Origin: Catajapyx aquilonaris | Taxonomy: Eukaryota | Reading direction: 5' to 3' | Assembly: GCA_000934665.2 (NCBI GenBank) | Contig: KZ538152.1 | Coordinates: forward strand, 1 to 64,000 | DNA length: 64,000 nucleotides | Shown here: piece by piece, positions 46,062 to 59,680 of the stretch | How the letters are laid out: each line of letters opens with the position of its first letter | How positions within the stretch are numbered: position 1 is the first letter of the stretch | Position numbers and translations under genes: made by a program | The notes under the pieces: model-generated | Told to the model about the DNA's origin: nothing | The model's database searches: none | What the model saw: the letters and a program-made list of their open reading frames with translations, nothing else

Positions 46062-47852
46062 TATAGTTACATGTAGCTGTACCGTTTTTAGCCAGGGAAA
46101 ACATGTAGCCCTAGCTCGCACTAGATTTGTTAATATTGTGTATGTTTATGTGTAGTTAATTTTACAGGAATTTTGCATTCCGAGCGTACGATTGCAAAAA
46201 CGACTGTATAATCGCAAATGAATGGATCGTAGATAAATTTATTAACATTTGTATCTGTATGTTATAAATTGACCTAAAATGTTTAATTAAACTGTTTTAT
46301 CTGTGCTATGTACACTTTCAGTGGAATAGCAGTCGATAGTATGCTTTTTTTTTGCTGTTGTCAGTCCTTTTTATCTATCAATTCAGTAACAGTTGTTTAC
46401 TTGTACACTGTAACGATTAGGGAAGATATTAAAACGGGATTTTTTTTTTTGCTTTCTTGAGCCTTGCATATCTGTAATCATGATCTGTAGGCCAGCGTCC
46501 CTAATGGAAAATTTCAATTCATAAATTAGACCTCACATTACACTTAGTAGTTATGCAAATATGATATAATATATGGCGACCTGAGGGAAGACCACCAAGG
46601 CCACATTTTGGGTGAAATTGAGTTATGGGTGGCAACGTTTGGTAAGCAGGAGTGTGTAGCATAGCTGCCAACCATGTGATTTGAATCAAGACAAGCATTC
46701 GGATGTCGACGACACATGATAAGAAATAACTAATGACTCTGGCCGCACTTACATTTTCACAAAGTTCTAAAATTTATAAAATAAAAACGCACTATTGCCG
46801 ATAGATGGAAGTACCTGCATTTTACATGCAAAATTACTGCAAGCTTATAAATGAAATTACAAGAAAGTAATACCTACTTGGCATTGTCCCATCGAATGTC
46901 TGTTATGGTGATGCTTTGATGCTAAATTATGTGATTCATTTCAAATATTTCATTTCAAGTACAAATTAAGCTCGTTTTAACCTGAGGGTATGTGCAGTAG
47001 TACAGTACGGCGACGTATTTATTTGGCACGGGATTGTTTTTTGTTTGGAGTGATGAGTGTTATTTCATCTTGGCGATCTTTCATTCTCTGTACTTTAATG
47101 CCGTTAACTTTCTTGTAAAAACTTAAAACATAGATAGCATCCCATTTGACAAGCTGCCTGGACTCAAAGGCGCCATCCGAAACTGTAATGAGGAATGACA
47201 GTGGTGAACCTGGCACTACATAAACCTGAGCGACGGAAATTGCCATTGAGAAGAATGCGACGTATAAATGCGAACTCATTACAGTAGGGGCACTTTGCCT
47301 AGTTCAATGTGCAAAAGCATCTTGCTTGTTCCAAGCGAAAGGGGGGTATGCCCGAAGATTCTGAATCGTGTTCTGAATGTATGTTCCTTCACCAACAGTA
47401 ATATTTGTAGTAATTCGCAAGGAATTTTTGGCACTGTTGACCATCTCGTCTTCAATTTGTGCTGCTGTGATTTTTTAAGGATTTGATGACCCGCATTAGT
47501 ACAGAAATCACTATGATTTTACTGTGATTCTTAGGAGATACAGAAGCTGAAATGACTGGAATTTTCAGACTTTGTATGTGATGTGTACAACAGTTGTACA
47601 CATCACATACTATGCCTGTATGCGAGTGCATCGTTATGAAATTTTTAAGGTTATACTATTTTATCTGAAGGTCCTGGTCGACAGTTTCGATAATATGATT
47701 TTTCCATGGGTGCCCAGTGTGTTAGGAAGACTCTTTCTGGGGTAATTCGGTGAGTGTGCCACTTAGCTTGATAATTATGTTGTCACACTGGTCAGTGCTG
47801 TATAGAGTAGTGGAACTGACGACAGCAGATATACTTGCATTCAGTTGAATAT

Positions 47853-48141
47853 AATAATTACTAATTCACACCCCGTTATCAGCCTATCAGCTCTTTAGGG
47901 GGGAAGTTTTTGTTTTGCCTGGAACTCTTTGCTTTCATTTTACTGCGCTTTTTGGGATAGGATAGGGACGGAAGGAAGCGGCTGTGGCCTATTAATTACG
48001 GAAGCAACTCCGGAATTTTCCTGGAAGGACCGTGGGAAACCACAGAAAACCACGGTCAGAGTTGCCGGCCCCGGGATTTGATCCCAGGACCTCCCGATTA
48101 CCAGTCGGACACCATATCCCCTACTCCAAACTGCTTCGGTG
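47853..48141 (-). mobile_element. tRNA-derived SINE with LINE-like 3' tail
   Basis: Minus strand A box TGGAGTAGGGG, B box GGATCAAATCC, body ggttttctgtggtttccc...ccaggaaaattccgg...aggccacagccgcttccttcc; 13-bp TSD ttcagttgaatat at 47840-47852 and 48142-48154. Confidence 0.85.
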
Positions 48142-51100
48142 TTCAGTTGAATATTGGCAATGTAGGGTTAATGTGTCTACTCAAATTAAGAGGAAAATCG
48201 GTGATTTCACAATAATCAGAGATTTCCCCTAATTTGCGTTCACACAACTGACCCTTAGATTGCGAAAAATTTGAATCATCTGGCACTTTCTGGTTGGGAC
48301 TAGACTACCATGATATGAATGAATTGGATGTATATGCCAGAGATTGGTTTAATATGCGAATGTGCACCGTGTTCTACTTTTTATTGCACCGGTATATCAG
48401 GGCAACATTCCAGTATTATGATGGTATCGCTAAAACTAGGTCGTTCCAATAAATTCACATAGTGTGTCCTAAGAAAGGGAAGAAAGTGGGATGTGGATAC
48501 ATATCAGAATAACTCACATTGTGAAAAAAATGGAGATATCCGAATTTTTGCAGCAGAAAAATTAAGAACTCTCGTCTAGTTGGTGCAGCCGTTTGCATTC
48601 TGTTAATGTGTTACTTTGTTGTGCACCTGCTCATGTGAAATATTTCTAATAAATTAACATTATATTTTATGATATGGCAAGAACATACGTAAATCTGTGG
48701 TAACCTTTTCCATAGGGCAGTCCAAATTTTTGGGTCTGAAAATCTTTTGATGTCCTTATATTAAGCCAATTTCTTGCACTCCATGAGTTTAGTCCCTAAA
48801 CCCAAATTTCTCCACCCCTGGTCTCTCTCTTGTACTGTACGAGTACCATATTGATATTACATACCATATACATCACATATTGCCAACTTGCATCACTCTT
48901 ATTATATGGTTAGTGTCATTTATAGTCATATTTACTTGCAATTTTGAGTAGGCCTAATTTCATGCTCGTATCCACTGGTCAAATGACTATCTCCAATTAT
49001 TCTAGCTATCTAGCAAGTTGAATTGCCTTTAACACTGAGAACTGCACGGAGGGGGTATAAATAGGAAAATTCGAGAAACAAGACAGAATTGCAGTTCTTG
49101 AGTAGCCATGACTAATGGTGAAACTATCCTATAGGGCGTAATGGCAGGTCACGCGAAACCTTGACCAATTGCAAGAAGAAAATGCTATACATCATTTTTG
49201 TATGTCATAAAATAAGACTCACTGTGACAGTTAAACTCTGGTAACTTCCCATAGGAAATTATAGGAAGTATCATGTTGGTTAGACAACTCTCAAATCACG
49301 AGTGGCAGACTAGTATTTTACTTTTAGATCAAGGAATTGCACCACCTGCATATCACCTGAGACTTATGACCACCCTGTATAAGCACCAGTTGTAAATATT
49401 ATTAACCCTTTGAAACCCTTTGAAAAGTCACGTGTCATGGTCACTGGTCATCAGTTATGCAGGAAAAAAATATACCAAAGTGATTCCTTACATACTTATA
49501 TGTACAGTAGTTATGAGGTGTTTTCATCTTGCCATCACCACGGCACATTGAGCGAATCTTTGAAACCCGTAAGAAATAATAGTGAAAAACTGCCATTCCA
49601 AAACGATTTATTGGACCCTGTAGCACATTTTCTTAAGATAATTTTGCGCATCACAATGCAACACTGCCTGTAGAGCATGGCCATCTGATTGAGCACATTG
49701 TTGTGCAATAATTATTGTCTCACAACATTGTACTCAAATGGAAACACCTGTAATATTACAAGTTATTGGCTTTACAAAAACAAATTACTGCCCATTTACA
49801 TTTTGCCCTGAACCGAGAAAATGGCGCAATTACTTATCGAAGGCTTGGATATACAAGCCGCAAGTTCTGGAACCATGTAGGAGTTTCCTGTTACATTGTT
49901 GTAGTGTATGGTAACTATGGTTACATATACAATTATACATGTATATATGGTAACCATATACTATACAACAATGTAATAGGAAAGCCCTATAGTTTCAGAC
50001 TTGAGGGACACCCAGGGGAAAAAATTGCACAGACTCGCACGTGCCGATGTCAAAGAGCGCGCCATTACAATGGGCCGGATCCAGCGGAGCTGCTTATTCT
50101 TTAGCAGATTTTCGAGTTCGTCCCAAGCTGGTCCCAAGTTAGAGGGCAGTGTGGCACGCACACATCCATGGTGCTTTTATCTAAACACCATCCGTTACGG
50201 CGGGAAAAAATATTTTCGGGTGTTTGCATTTGCAAACACTATGCCTCAATGGGTTAATCTTAGATTTTTATTCAGGGGCCATATCAACTGATAACTTTAT
50301 GACAATATGTCACGATCTCATTAGATTCATGCAGCTATGTGTAGAGCTAATAAAGCACTCTAATTACTTAGTAGCAACTATACTACGTACACTTATTGTA
50401 TTACCACACTTCTACAATATCGTCACGAAAAAAAAAACTGTGATGTCAATGGGGTTAGTTGTAACTGCGATTATATCGCGAGGAGTGACAACAATCTCAC
50501 TGTTCGGAGTAAATTAGGAATGTAATTTTTTATCTTATCAAGTAGGATACCGGTATGCTAATTTCAGTGCCGACTCCTTGATTATTTATTTCTAATGCAG
50601 CTGTGTATGTGAACAACTACAGTACCTATGTGTATCACAACTGAGCTCAGTGCCAACTGCCTCATGAGTCCCGGATCCCAGCAGGTGAGGGCCCCAGGTG
50701 TCAAAATGGTAGGCACAGAGTGGTCATCCACCGATACGTTTGTTAGCCGAAATATAATAGTACACCGTGTGTATGAGTGTATGTCATGCAGGCAAATTAA
50801 ATGGATTGCTCAAAATTTCCACTTTTGTGATACAGCCATGTAAGCCATTTTTGCCAGATGTGGAGGATACAAGGGGGTAACCACTTCGGTACTCCGGTGT
50901 ACACCTGCAGTGGTACTCCTTAAATTTGGTACTCCAGTGTACACTTTACAGTCGAGTGGCTTGGGAGGATATCCTCAGACTGCTCATAACACCGGATTTA
51001 AATTTGTCACATATTGGAATATGGAAATAGCGATTAGATAGAATGCCAAGTTATTTGCATAGCAACTCGCGATTAATCTCTTTCGTTTTTTTTGTTTTTT

Positions 51101-51396
51101 TGTTTTTGAAATATACGCCGTTCAATAACTTTCAAGTTATTATTAATTGTAAGTTGCCGAAAATTTTCTTCCCCTGAAACTGAAGAGTATAGCCGTACAG
51201 TACTACACGCGAGTAAGTCCGGAATATAGGGATTCCCTCCTAATGTTCCTAATTGGTAAACTGCTGCTTTAGCCTTTTACGGCGACATTATAGTTACACG
51301 GTGTGATGCAGGACACTTTTTTATGAGTAGCTCTTGTAATACCCTATAGCTACTGCATAATATACAGTAGTATAGTCTACTAGCCGACAACTTGTA

Positions 51397-52086
51397 CAGG
51401 GTGTCCCACAAATTACGCTAAACCCAGAATTACTTCCATAACATCAACACAAATGAAGATATTGCAACGAAATTTGAACTGAACTAACCTTGTCATGTGT
51501 GATTTGAAATGGCATCACAACATGTGTTGGAAATGGCCACCATTAGCGGCCAGGGAGGTCTCAACACGGCGCGACATATTTTGGAATGTTCTGGCCAGCA
51601 TATCCTGCGGTACTTCCTGAATTTCCTGGACGATGTTGTCCTTCAAGGGCTGGATGGACCGTGGATTGTTGCGGTACACTCTTCCTTTCAGAAAGCCCCA
51701 TAAGAAGTAATCAGGTGGCGTAAGATCGGGCGACCGCGGTGGCCACAGTCCCTTCGAAATGACTTGGTCGCCCAAGAAGGACTTTATTTCGGCCATGCTG
51801 ACATGTGATGTGTGGCATATCGCCCCATCCTGTTGAAAATATCCAGTCGAAAGTTCCACATAGTTTGGATCAGGAAGCAAGGACATCCGCCGCGCGCCAC
51901 TGCTCAGGTGTCGTCTGGCCGATTCGTCGCTCCAGCGTCAGTATTACAGCACCCACATTTCACAGATCCATTCCAATTCATTTCTCACGTGTTGAGGTTG
52001 CTTGAGTTCAAATTCCGTTGCAATATCTTCATTTGTGTTACAGTTATTAATGTAATTCTGGGTAGCGTAATTTGTGGGACACCCTG
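51397..52086 (-). mobile_element. Internally deleted Tc1/mariner (rosa/DD41D-related) element retaining the transposase C-terminus
   Basis: TA|cagggtgtcccacaaattacgct TIRs (~90 bp, imperfect); minus ORF YFQQDGAICHT...WPPRSPDLTPPDYFLWGFLK...NGGHFQHML. Confidence 0.92.
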
Positions 52087-54331
52087 TATTATCCCTCATT
52101 GGAACTGCACGCCCAGCTCGGCTGGTGTAAATGCAATGGATATGCTTGCAAGGGACTTTTACAAAGTACCGGTACATGTAACTTATGCGGCTTTTTTTGT
52201 GCACTTGGCTGAACTTGTCCTGGTGGCCGTGACAGAATATTTGATCATTGACTGTAGAGTAAATATTACACAACGGTGCACATAGGTCCATTATACTGTG
52301 TCATCGATACTGTGTATAGGCCCGGCAATGGAAGTTCAGTCCGGACATCATTAGCGTTTAATTGTTAGTCTCCTGTTGGATTTTTTGAGAGTCATGATTG
52401 CCATTGTAAAGTCAGCAACCCAAGTTTTGATTACTGCTATTGTACTTCTTTACTAAGGATGCAGTTGTGTAAAATAGTAAAAATACTGAACTGTAATTGG
52501 TGGTAGTAGTTTTTCTTCCATTGATATGGATTAAAGGATCGACGTGTTCCAAATAAAGGCAGCATTATTTTCAGGTGGGTTAATAATAAATGGAACTGAG
52601 GAACATCGTATGGATTACCTTGCACTCACGTGCATGCACTGCACTATAGCGGCCAAGACGATGATGACGTTCCATGTTGCCATACATAATTATGTCTGAC
52701 GTAATGTATGATTAGTGTACATTCTCGTTGGAGCAGAGACATCGTCGATTTTCCAGTGATTTCGTTGGATTTTTCCGTTGTTTTGGTCGCGACCATTGTT
52801 GTGTCCTAGCTGTTCTTCAGGACAGGGATAGAGAGGACTGATTCGAATTCGGGTAGCTAATATTCTCCAGTTAACATTAGGATCACCTACCAAAAATGGC
52901 GCGAAACTGTGCATGGTTTTACAATTGGCTTCGTTATTAGCACTGGGTTATATAGGACCATTCTGAACAATATTTGAGGCCCATTATTGCAACATGTTTC
53001 ATGTTGAGGAAAAAAAACTGACCGTGTTTATCGTTCAACACTTAACAGTTACCGTACGTAAAGAGAAATGAGTTGCACTAATGCTGTTGTCTTTATGATG
53101 CCGTGTCTCTAGTATGCTACACTGTGACGCAAACTTTCCCAACTGGCCACGGTGGCTTGCAAAGCTGCTGACTTTGCAGACATTTTACATACTCAAGTGC
53201 GTATTAATGTAATCTGCATGCTTGGAGCTACTGAATGACCATACTCCACAGCACGAGGTTGTCATAATACTTGCAAGAAAAGGAATTTCACAGTATCATA
53301 TTGCCACGAAGATGCTTTTTCTCTCTTCCCTCGGGACAGCTTTGTTTTGGGAGAAGAAGAAAAAATTCTGAATGTTGTGAACCCTTCAAAACTTGCTCAC
53401 AAGTGTTGCCTTTTTTGCACATTAAGATGCTGAGCAGCCACTGTATAATTGTCAAGAAATGCATAAAGCCATAAATATTATTACCTCCGAGTTTCATAGC
53501 AGGCGAGAAAAAAGACATTAAAGTCATAAATGGGCTCCACGAAAAAATAATATGAAGCGATACACGTTTGGGCAGATCTGAGTGATGGCCGGGAGATAAA
53601 GTATGATCGTTAAAAGCTGCGAAGTGAGACTCTGTTGCTGGCCCAATGGGTGGGTGGCCTAGAAAAGGTGGGTATGTGGTGCGGGTGGGATCCCCTTGTG
53701 AGCCAGCATGCAAAGGCAGTGTTGCACCTTTTGTCACTTTTGACCCAGCCCAATTAAGAATGCTATTTCGTAGCGTTTTTGTCGATACATATCGGGAGAT
53801 TATCTCGCCAGCCGATAGATGCCAGCATTCACCCCCAATACAAAGAGATGCGGTGGGTAGTCGCTTCGCCAAGTTGAGAGTTGGTGGAACTATTCTGTTT
53901 ATAAGCTATCGTGATTCCGGAACTTTCTACTAATGTTTTGGGTCTTAAATGTAGTCGGTAAATCTGGAACGATTATTATATTGTTAATTAATGAAGAAAA
54001 TATGAAGAATCACAGAAAACATAGAAAAACGTAATTAAGCTTGATTTATGTTCGGATATGTTCGAATTCAGATTAGGTCTGGCAGCTCTGGCTCCCTGAC
54101 TGCAGGCCGCCATACTGAATCCATGTCGTCTCGGTAGGACGCAAACGGACTTGCAGCATCAGGTGTTTGCTACCAATGGAGGTCACAACGCTGGCTGCGA
54201 ACACAAGCATATGCTTGCATGAATCACCGTGGTCTTTCCTGCTCGGTACACTCGATTATTGTGCCTATTAGATACAAGATGGTGGCAGAATCCCCACCGA
54301 TCTACACCCATTCTCATATGAAAATACCAGG

Positions 54332-54459
54332 GGTAATGATCCAATCGATTGTGACCCAACCGCAAAGGTGCAACAGATCCTTACCAAGTGTCATAGAAAA
54401 CACTTGGTAAGGATCTGTTGCACCTTTGCGGTTGGGTCACAATCGATTGGATCATTACC
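54332..54459. repeat. Perfect 60-bp-arm hairpin with 8-nt loop
   Basis: 54332-54391 is the exact reverse complement of 54400-54459. Confidence 0.97.
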
Positions 54460-57400
54460 ACCGGTAATGTCTTATATGACACTTCTTATTTTCTGTATAT
54501 TTGAGCAGGGCCCACGGCATAATGTAGCAGCATTCTCCAAATGCCACTTCAGACAATATAATGGATTAAGATTGCCAGAAAAAGAAGGGCTTTCCATGCT
54601 GATATTCACTCTCAGCACTTATTGGTAGTTAGACCACACTGTATGCAAATTGTTATTACTGAAGTTAGTTTCCGCATTTGAGCGAAATTATTTTGAAATT
54701 CTATCATCCTGCTGGTGGTTTTTGTGGAATTTCAACTCAATACCACCCAGAAAAGGGAATGCGTGGACCTCCCATTGAATGATTCAGTGGAATTCAATTA
54801 CTAATTATTTTCTGGAAAGAACCAGCATTCCGACTGGTAAATCTTGCCCTCAGACGTCCGTGCGATTAATTTTCGCAATTAGGCTGGTATCTCATAAACA
54901 GAATAACTTTCCCGCTGACCGGTTCGGAAATGTTGCACGTGTTGGTCGTATGTTGGCCTGTAGGAGGATTGCTTGGACTACGTGACGTTCCTTATGTGAC
55001 CATTTTAGGCGAGACGGTGCAAATTGATAAATTGTGTTATTTGTGAGTAACTAAACGTATACTCAGGGTGGCCATGAAATAATGCACTATTTCAACACGT
55101 GACATTAAGGGGTCGTCTTTCATTGAAGGATGACATTAAGTTGGTACTGTTGACAGGCGAGAACACATATAGGGCTATGCTACACTTGTTTAAAATTAAA
55201 AGGAAGCAAATATGACCAGTTTGGTCCGCAAGTGTATATTTTATCCGCCGCGCCCGTCTATATCCTTGAAAAATGGCATTAATTTATGCACATTCTTTTG
55301 AATGATGATACCAGAAAAACAACACTTGTTTAGGAACCCTTACGCAATTCCCGCCATACATAGCGGCTCTGACAGGTATCAATCGGACATGGTATCAAAT
55401 GATCACCTTATCACGGACAAGTCTTGTTTCTTTACATTAGCCCCGCGATATAGGCTGCCGCAATGTTGTACCATGGCCAACAGTTGAATCACTTCCACCT
55501 GGATGTCAGAAAAGGGTAAAAACAATTAGTTCCTCCATGTCCTGTCCATGTAGGGGATGCGGAAAAAGCCCCAATGAGAAGATGTTGCCGAGACGAGATT
55601 GCCCATAAGAGGATGCGATGTCGGAAGCGAGCTCTTTTTGGGAGAAAGGTGGGTGTGGCAGCAGGCACAAGGCTTGGCTGGATGTGGCCTGCCTTGAAAG
55701 TGGCCGGCCTAAGCCCATGTAATGGCCTATTAGTACTTCTTTGGCGAGTCCTTTGCGAGCCACGTGACTGCTCGGGAGCGAAGTCACGCTCTCCGCCAGT
55801 TCCCCCTACCACCCCCAACCGTTACGCAACGTACGGCCACCTTTCTGGGAGATAACAGCGCGGCTGTAATATCAAGATTTATAATGTCGCTGGGTTCGGA
55901 TTCGAATGAAACAGGGCTGATCCAGTCGTTGCGAAACACGTTGCGAATTTTCACGGGGCATTAGCGCGTGCCGAGGAGATGGACACCAAGGTCGTGGGAC
56001 TGGACAAGTGTAATCCGATGCAAGGACGATCGAATGAAATATAATCGAATTGAAATGTGCTGGAAATATAATATTGAGGTGCACTCTTAATGTTGCAGGA
56101 AGGTGTTGTTGTTTTTTGAGTCTTGTGGTTTTATTTTTTATTTTTTTAAAGTAGTAGTAGTAAAAATATGCATTTTGGCTCGTGTTTGGAATTGCTGCTC
56201 AAGGATGACAGACTGTGTGATATTACAGTTAGAACTCCAGGGTCTTCCCGAAAGAGTTAGTTGCGGTACCGAGGCACTTAAGTCATATTCTGGGACGTCT
56301 GCTCACCTTGCTCAGTGTTAAATTACCCCGTTCTTTATGTGGTGCTGGAAAAGCAAATATACATATGTGCCTTTGTGATGAGTAGTTCTCTGCTTGTGCG
56401 TAATATGCATTGCTGCGATCATGCCATTTGGCTCCTATTATGTAGAAATACGTGCGCAGACCTGATTTGTTTCAAGTATCATATTTCTGATTATGAGAAG
56501 GGATTGGACTGCTCACTCCAACATACGTATTACCAAGCTTTTCTTCCACCTTTTATAACGGATGTGGGGGGGGGGGGGAAGGACGGAATCGGTGCTTTAG
56601 ATATAATATATTGTGAATTTCGTGTTACCGTAACTACGAGTAACTTGTAGGTATATAATTATAAAGCAAGATACTGCGTACTGCTCTGTGTCTGTATTAA
56701 ACTGCTAATACTGGAAGTCTTTGAGCCGGTTGACGTTGACGACGAATAAATAATAATTTATTTGTACATATTCAGCAGAAATTAGCTAAATATGCTTGAC
56801 CAATACGATTTTATCCGAGGTAACCAATATGATGAATCCTAAAATATCTTATAATATCTTAAGATTGAAGACAGATATCTAGGGCAGTGGCAGACAGCTA
56901 TGCGTCTGTTGGGTAGTTCTCATAAAAGTAGGCTTATGGACCTCTTGGATATTTCGGGCGAACGTCAGGGCCGATTTCTTCAATGAAAATTAATGGAAAA
57001 TCTGAGATTATATATAAATGACTTCATAAATCACAACTAGATAAAATCGACCCTATATAGTATCCGCGCAGTATAGTATAGCAACAGTAAAGGGAGTGAA
57101 AAAAAAAGTTAGGAATATGGGGAAGGTGTGAATTAGTGGGCACATTAGCCACTGTAAAAGAAGTTTTTTGACAAGCTGCAACCTTACTTCCGATTTGGAA
57201 TAAGAGCCTGTACACCACGCGTATCATAATTAAAGTTACCTTCACGTGAAAATGTCGCGGACTGCTCTCCAATCAGATCTGTAAACTCGGAACCGTGCTC
57301 AGAACTATCGGATTGCATTCCCGCTAGATAGCAGCTTCTATCATTGTTACCACCAGCGGTTGCACAGAGTATATATACTCTCGAAGAGGAGATAATTTAT

Positions 57401-59325
57401 TCTAATGAAGTGATACAATATGTTAATGTAAAAGATGGCTCAGAAGTTCTCCTTCAGCTACTGACTTTTCTAACGCCATTTGCCCAACTATTCCTGATGT
57501 TCAAGGGTCAGTTTATGTAAAATAATATGGTTATTTTGGTTGCTCAACTTTGTTAGTAATTATTGCCTCACCGATGATTTTGAGAACGGGAGGAAACGGA
57601 AGAATTTCGGATGGAGAAAATTCACACAAGGACTAAGAATCCACTGAATCACCTAGCGGCTAGGACTTTATTCTATATCGTGAGATTGCCCATATCTCCC
57701 AAGTACCTCCAAAAATACTCGAAATAATAGTGTGGAAAGTCAAATTCTGATTTCCCATTTATTTTTATGCCCTTCTATTAAATTGATCGGTATATGCGTG
57801 ATGTCAAAGAATTAAATAACTTTATTCAAAAATATTTGTCATCAGATTTGGATAATATTGGGCCGGTCCAAGTACTGTATTAAAATAAGGATATAGTAAA
57901 AATGTATGGAACTAGATAAAGGTATTCTTTGATTATTCTACATTCATAAAACCGCCCGTATACGTGCAGATCTAGTGCACATTCCTCCCAAACTGACGTT
58001 ATACGTACGCATACATTAGTGCCTCCTGAATCTTTTCGCACAGAACATATTTCGATTAGCACAAAATTACAGTCGTCTTTAGAAAACACTACTTTTTGTT
58101 ATTTGCAATTTCATGATCAACAAATGACGCTAGATAGCAAGGAGGTGAGAAATGAGCACCAAGTAACGTTGTAAAACTCGTTTCTCGTGGTTTCAGAAGT
58201 CGAGTGTTTAGCATCTCAACGCCAAAACCTCATTCGCAAGGGCTTCACGAAAATTCGGAGCCCACCGGAGTAGCTCTTTTACGGTCACTGTACCGTGATT
58301 GAGTGAATCTCTCCAGCTCTGTAATATTAAGTAGTTATGTATTAACTCCTGCAATATTAAGTTGTAACCGTTCACTTATAACATATAGGAATTTATCAGT
58401 GATATGCCATGATGTCCAATACAATTTCTGCCCATCACAGGCCTACTGTTGAAAATTTAAGTAACTTGTTGTCGAATCTTTAATTTAAAAAACTGTGCAT
58501 GTCCAGTTATTCATTGGCGCGTATACTGGGTGTTGCTGTGCACTACCTATGACACCTCCAACAATGGAGCAGAGAAAATCGGGATTGATGACTCCTGTCG
58601 CGATGTGCACTCTAGTCCCGCGTACCAGGAAATATGTCAGTGGGAATGCTCTTGTTTTTGTATGACATGTTTTTTTTGTATAACTTACGTATTTGTCAAA
58701 AGGTTACGCTGTGTGAGCTTATATATAAAATATACCTATATTTTTTGGTGTTCGATAAAAATAAAACAAACGCGTAATCAAGATATTGGGTTACAAAAAA
58801 AATCATTCTGGCTTGTGAGTCACAATTCTCTGAATTAATTCTTTATTATTGCCTTCAATTTTGGCAGTTTTGTGAATTCTACGCCTCTTTGGAAGGTCAA
58901 TGCAACGGGCTTCTCAATGGTGAGGTGAACTGGAGTAATTCCATACACCTTATACATTATTATAAGTTAGATGAACTTTCAATGGTCACTACTGGAAGAG
59001 TATTGGTTTGTAACGGATGTTTAACGTGAGGCATTTATATGCTTTTTATTTTCAATATAAAATACGTACAGTACATTTTTCACATACCGTATACGTTCAC
59101 CGTGACATAGTCGAGGTCAAAGTGTGTCGATCCATTTCTTCCAGCAGCATACCAGAGGAATTCCGTACGGTGACATTTTTTTCTCCCAGGAAACCTTGAA
59201 CCAAGTTCTAATAAAAGGCTGTTCACCACCAATTTTTCCTCTTTCGTACACTTGAGTTCCATCGCAATTGGTCAAACGTGGTGGGGGTTATGAACATTTT
59301 TGTGTTTTGGGTTATAAATTTAATA

Positions 59326-59680
59326 TGAGGGCGAGTCCAAATGAAAGCGAGACAAGGCGATTATGTCGGAAAGTATTTCCTTTACGTCAAAAAAGTCACC
59401 ACCAGCACTGACAAACAAGCCTGGTGATTCCAATCTCATAGAAGTCTCTTAGTTGCTGCGTAAGAATTGGTGTAACTGCCCCCTGAACGTAATCCTCCAA
59501 CGCAAATCTTCAGCTGCTTGTTCAACTTAACGAAAATGTGAATGTCATAAAGCGAAAGATCCAGGCTCTGGGAGTGTGTGAAAGACTTTTCCACTTGAAC
59601 TTCCGCACTGAGCGTTTATTTCCACGGAGCACATTAGCCGTATCAAGTCGCGCATTGTCGTGCAACAGGATGACATCCCT
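59326..59680 (-). mobile_element. Decayed mariner (DD34D-type) fragment
   Basis: Minus strand reads VILLHDNAR...KFKW...SLDLSLYDIHIF across frameshifts; tatgagggcgagtccaaa resembles a mariner TIR. Confidence 0.7.

Noticed and set aside
49402..50256. TTAACCC...GGGTTAA pair suggesting a piggyBac MITE
   Set aside because: The TIRs do not match beyond a few bases, so a single element cannot be supported
50880..50950. Three spaced ggtactcc repeats resembling a mini array
   Set aside because: Too short and irregular; eukaryotic context with no cas genes, so not CRISPR
53288..53872. 194-aa minus-strand ORF and other ORFs of 100+ aa in the SRF intron (e.g. 55489-55818)
   Set aside because: No recognisable domain or splice context; probably chance ORFs or TE debris
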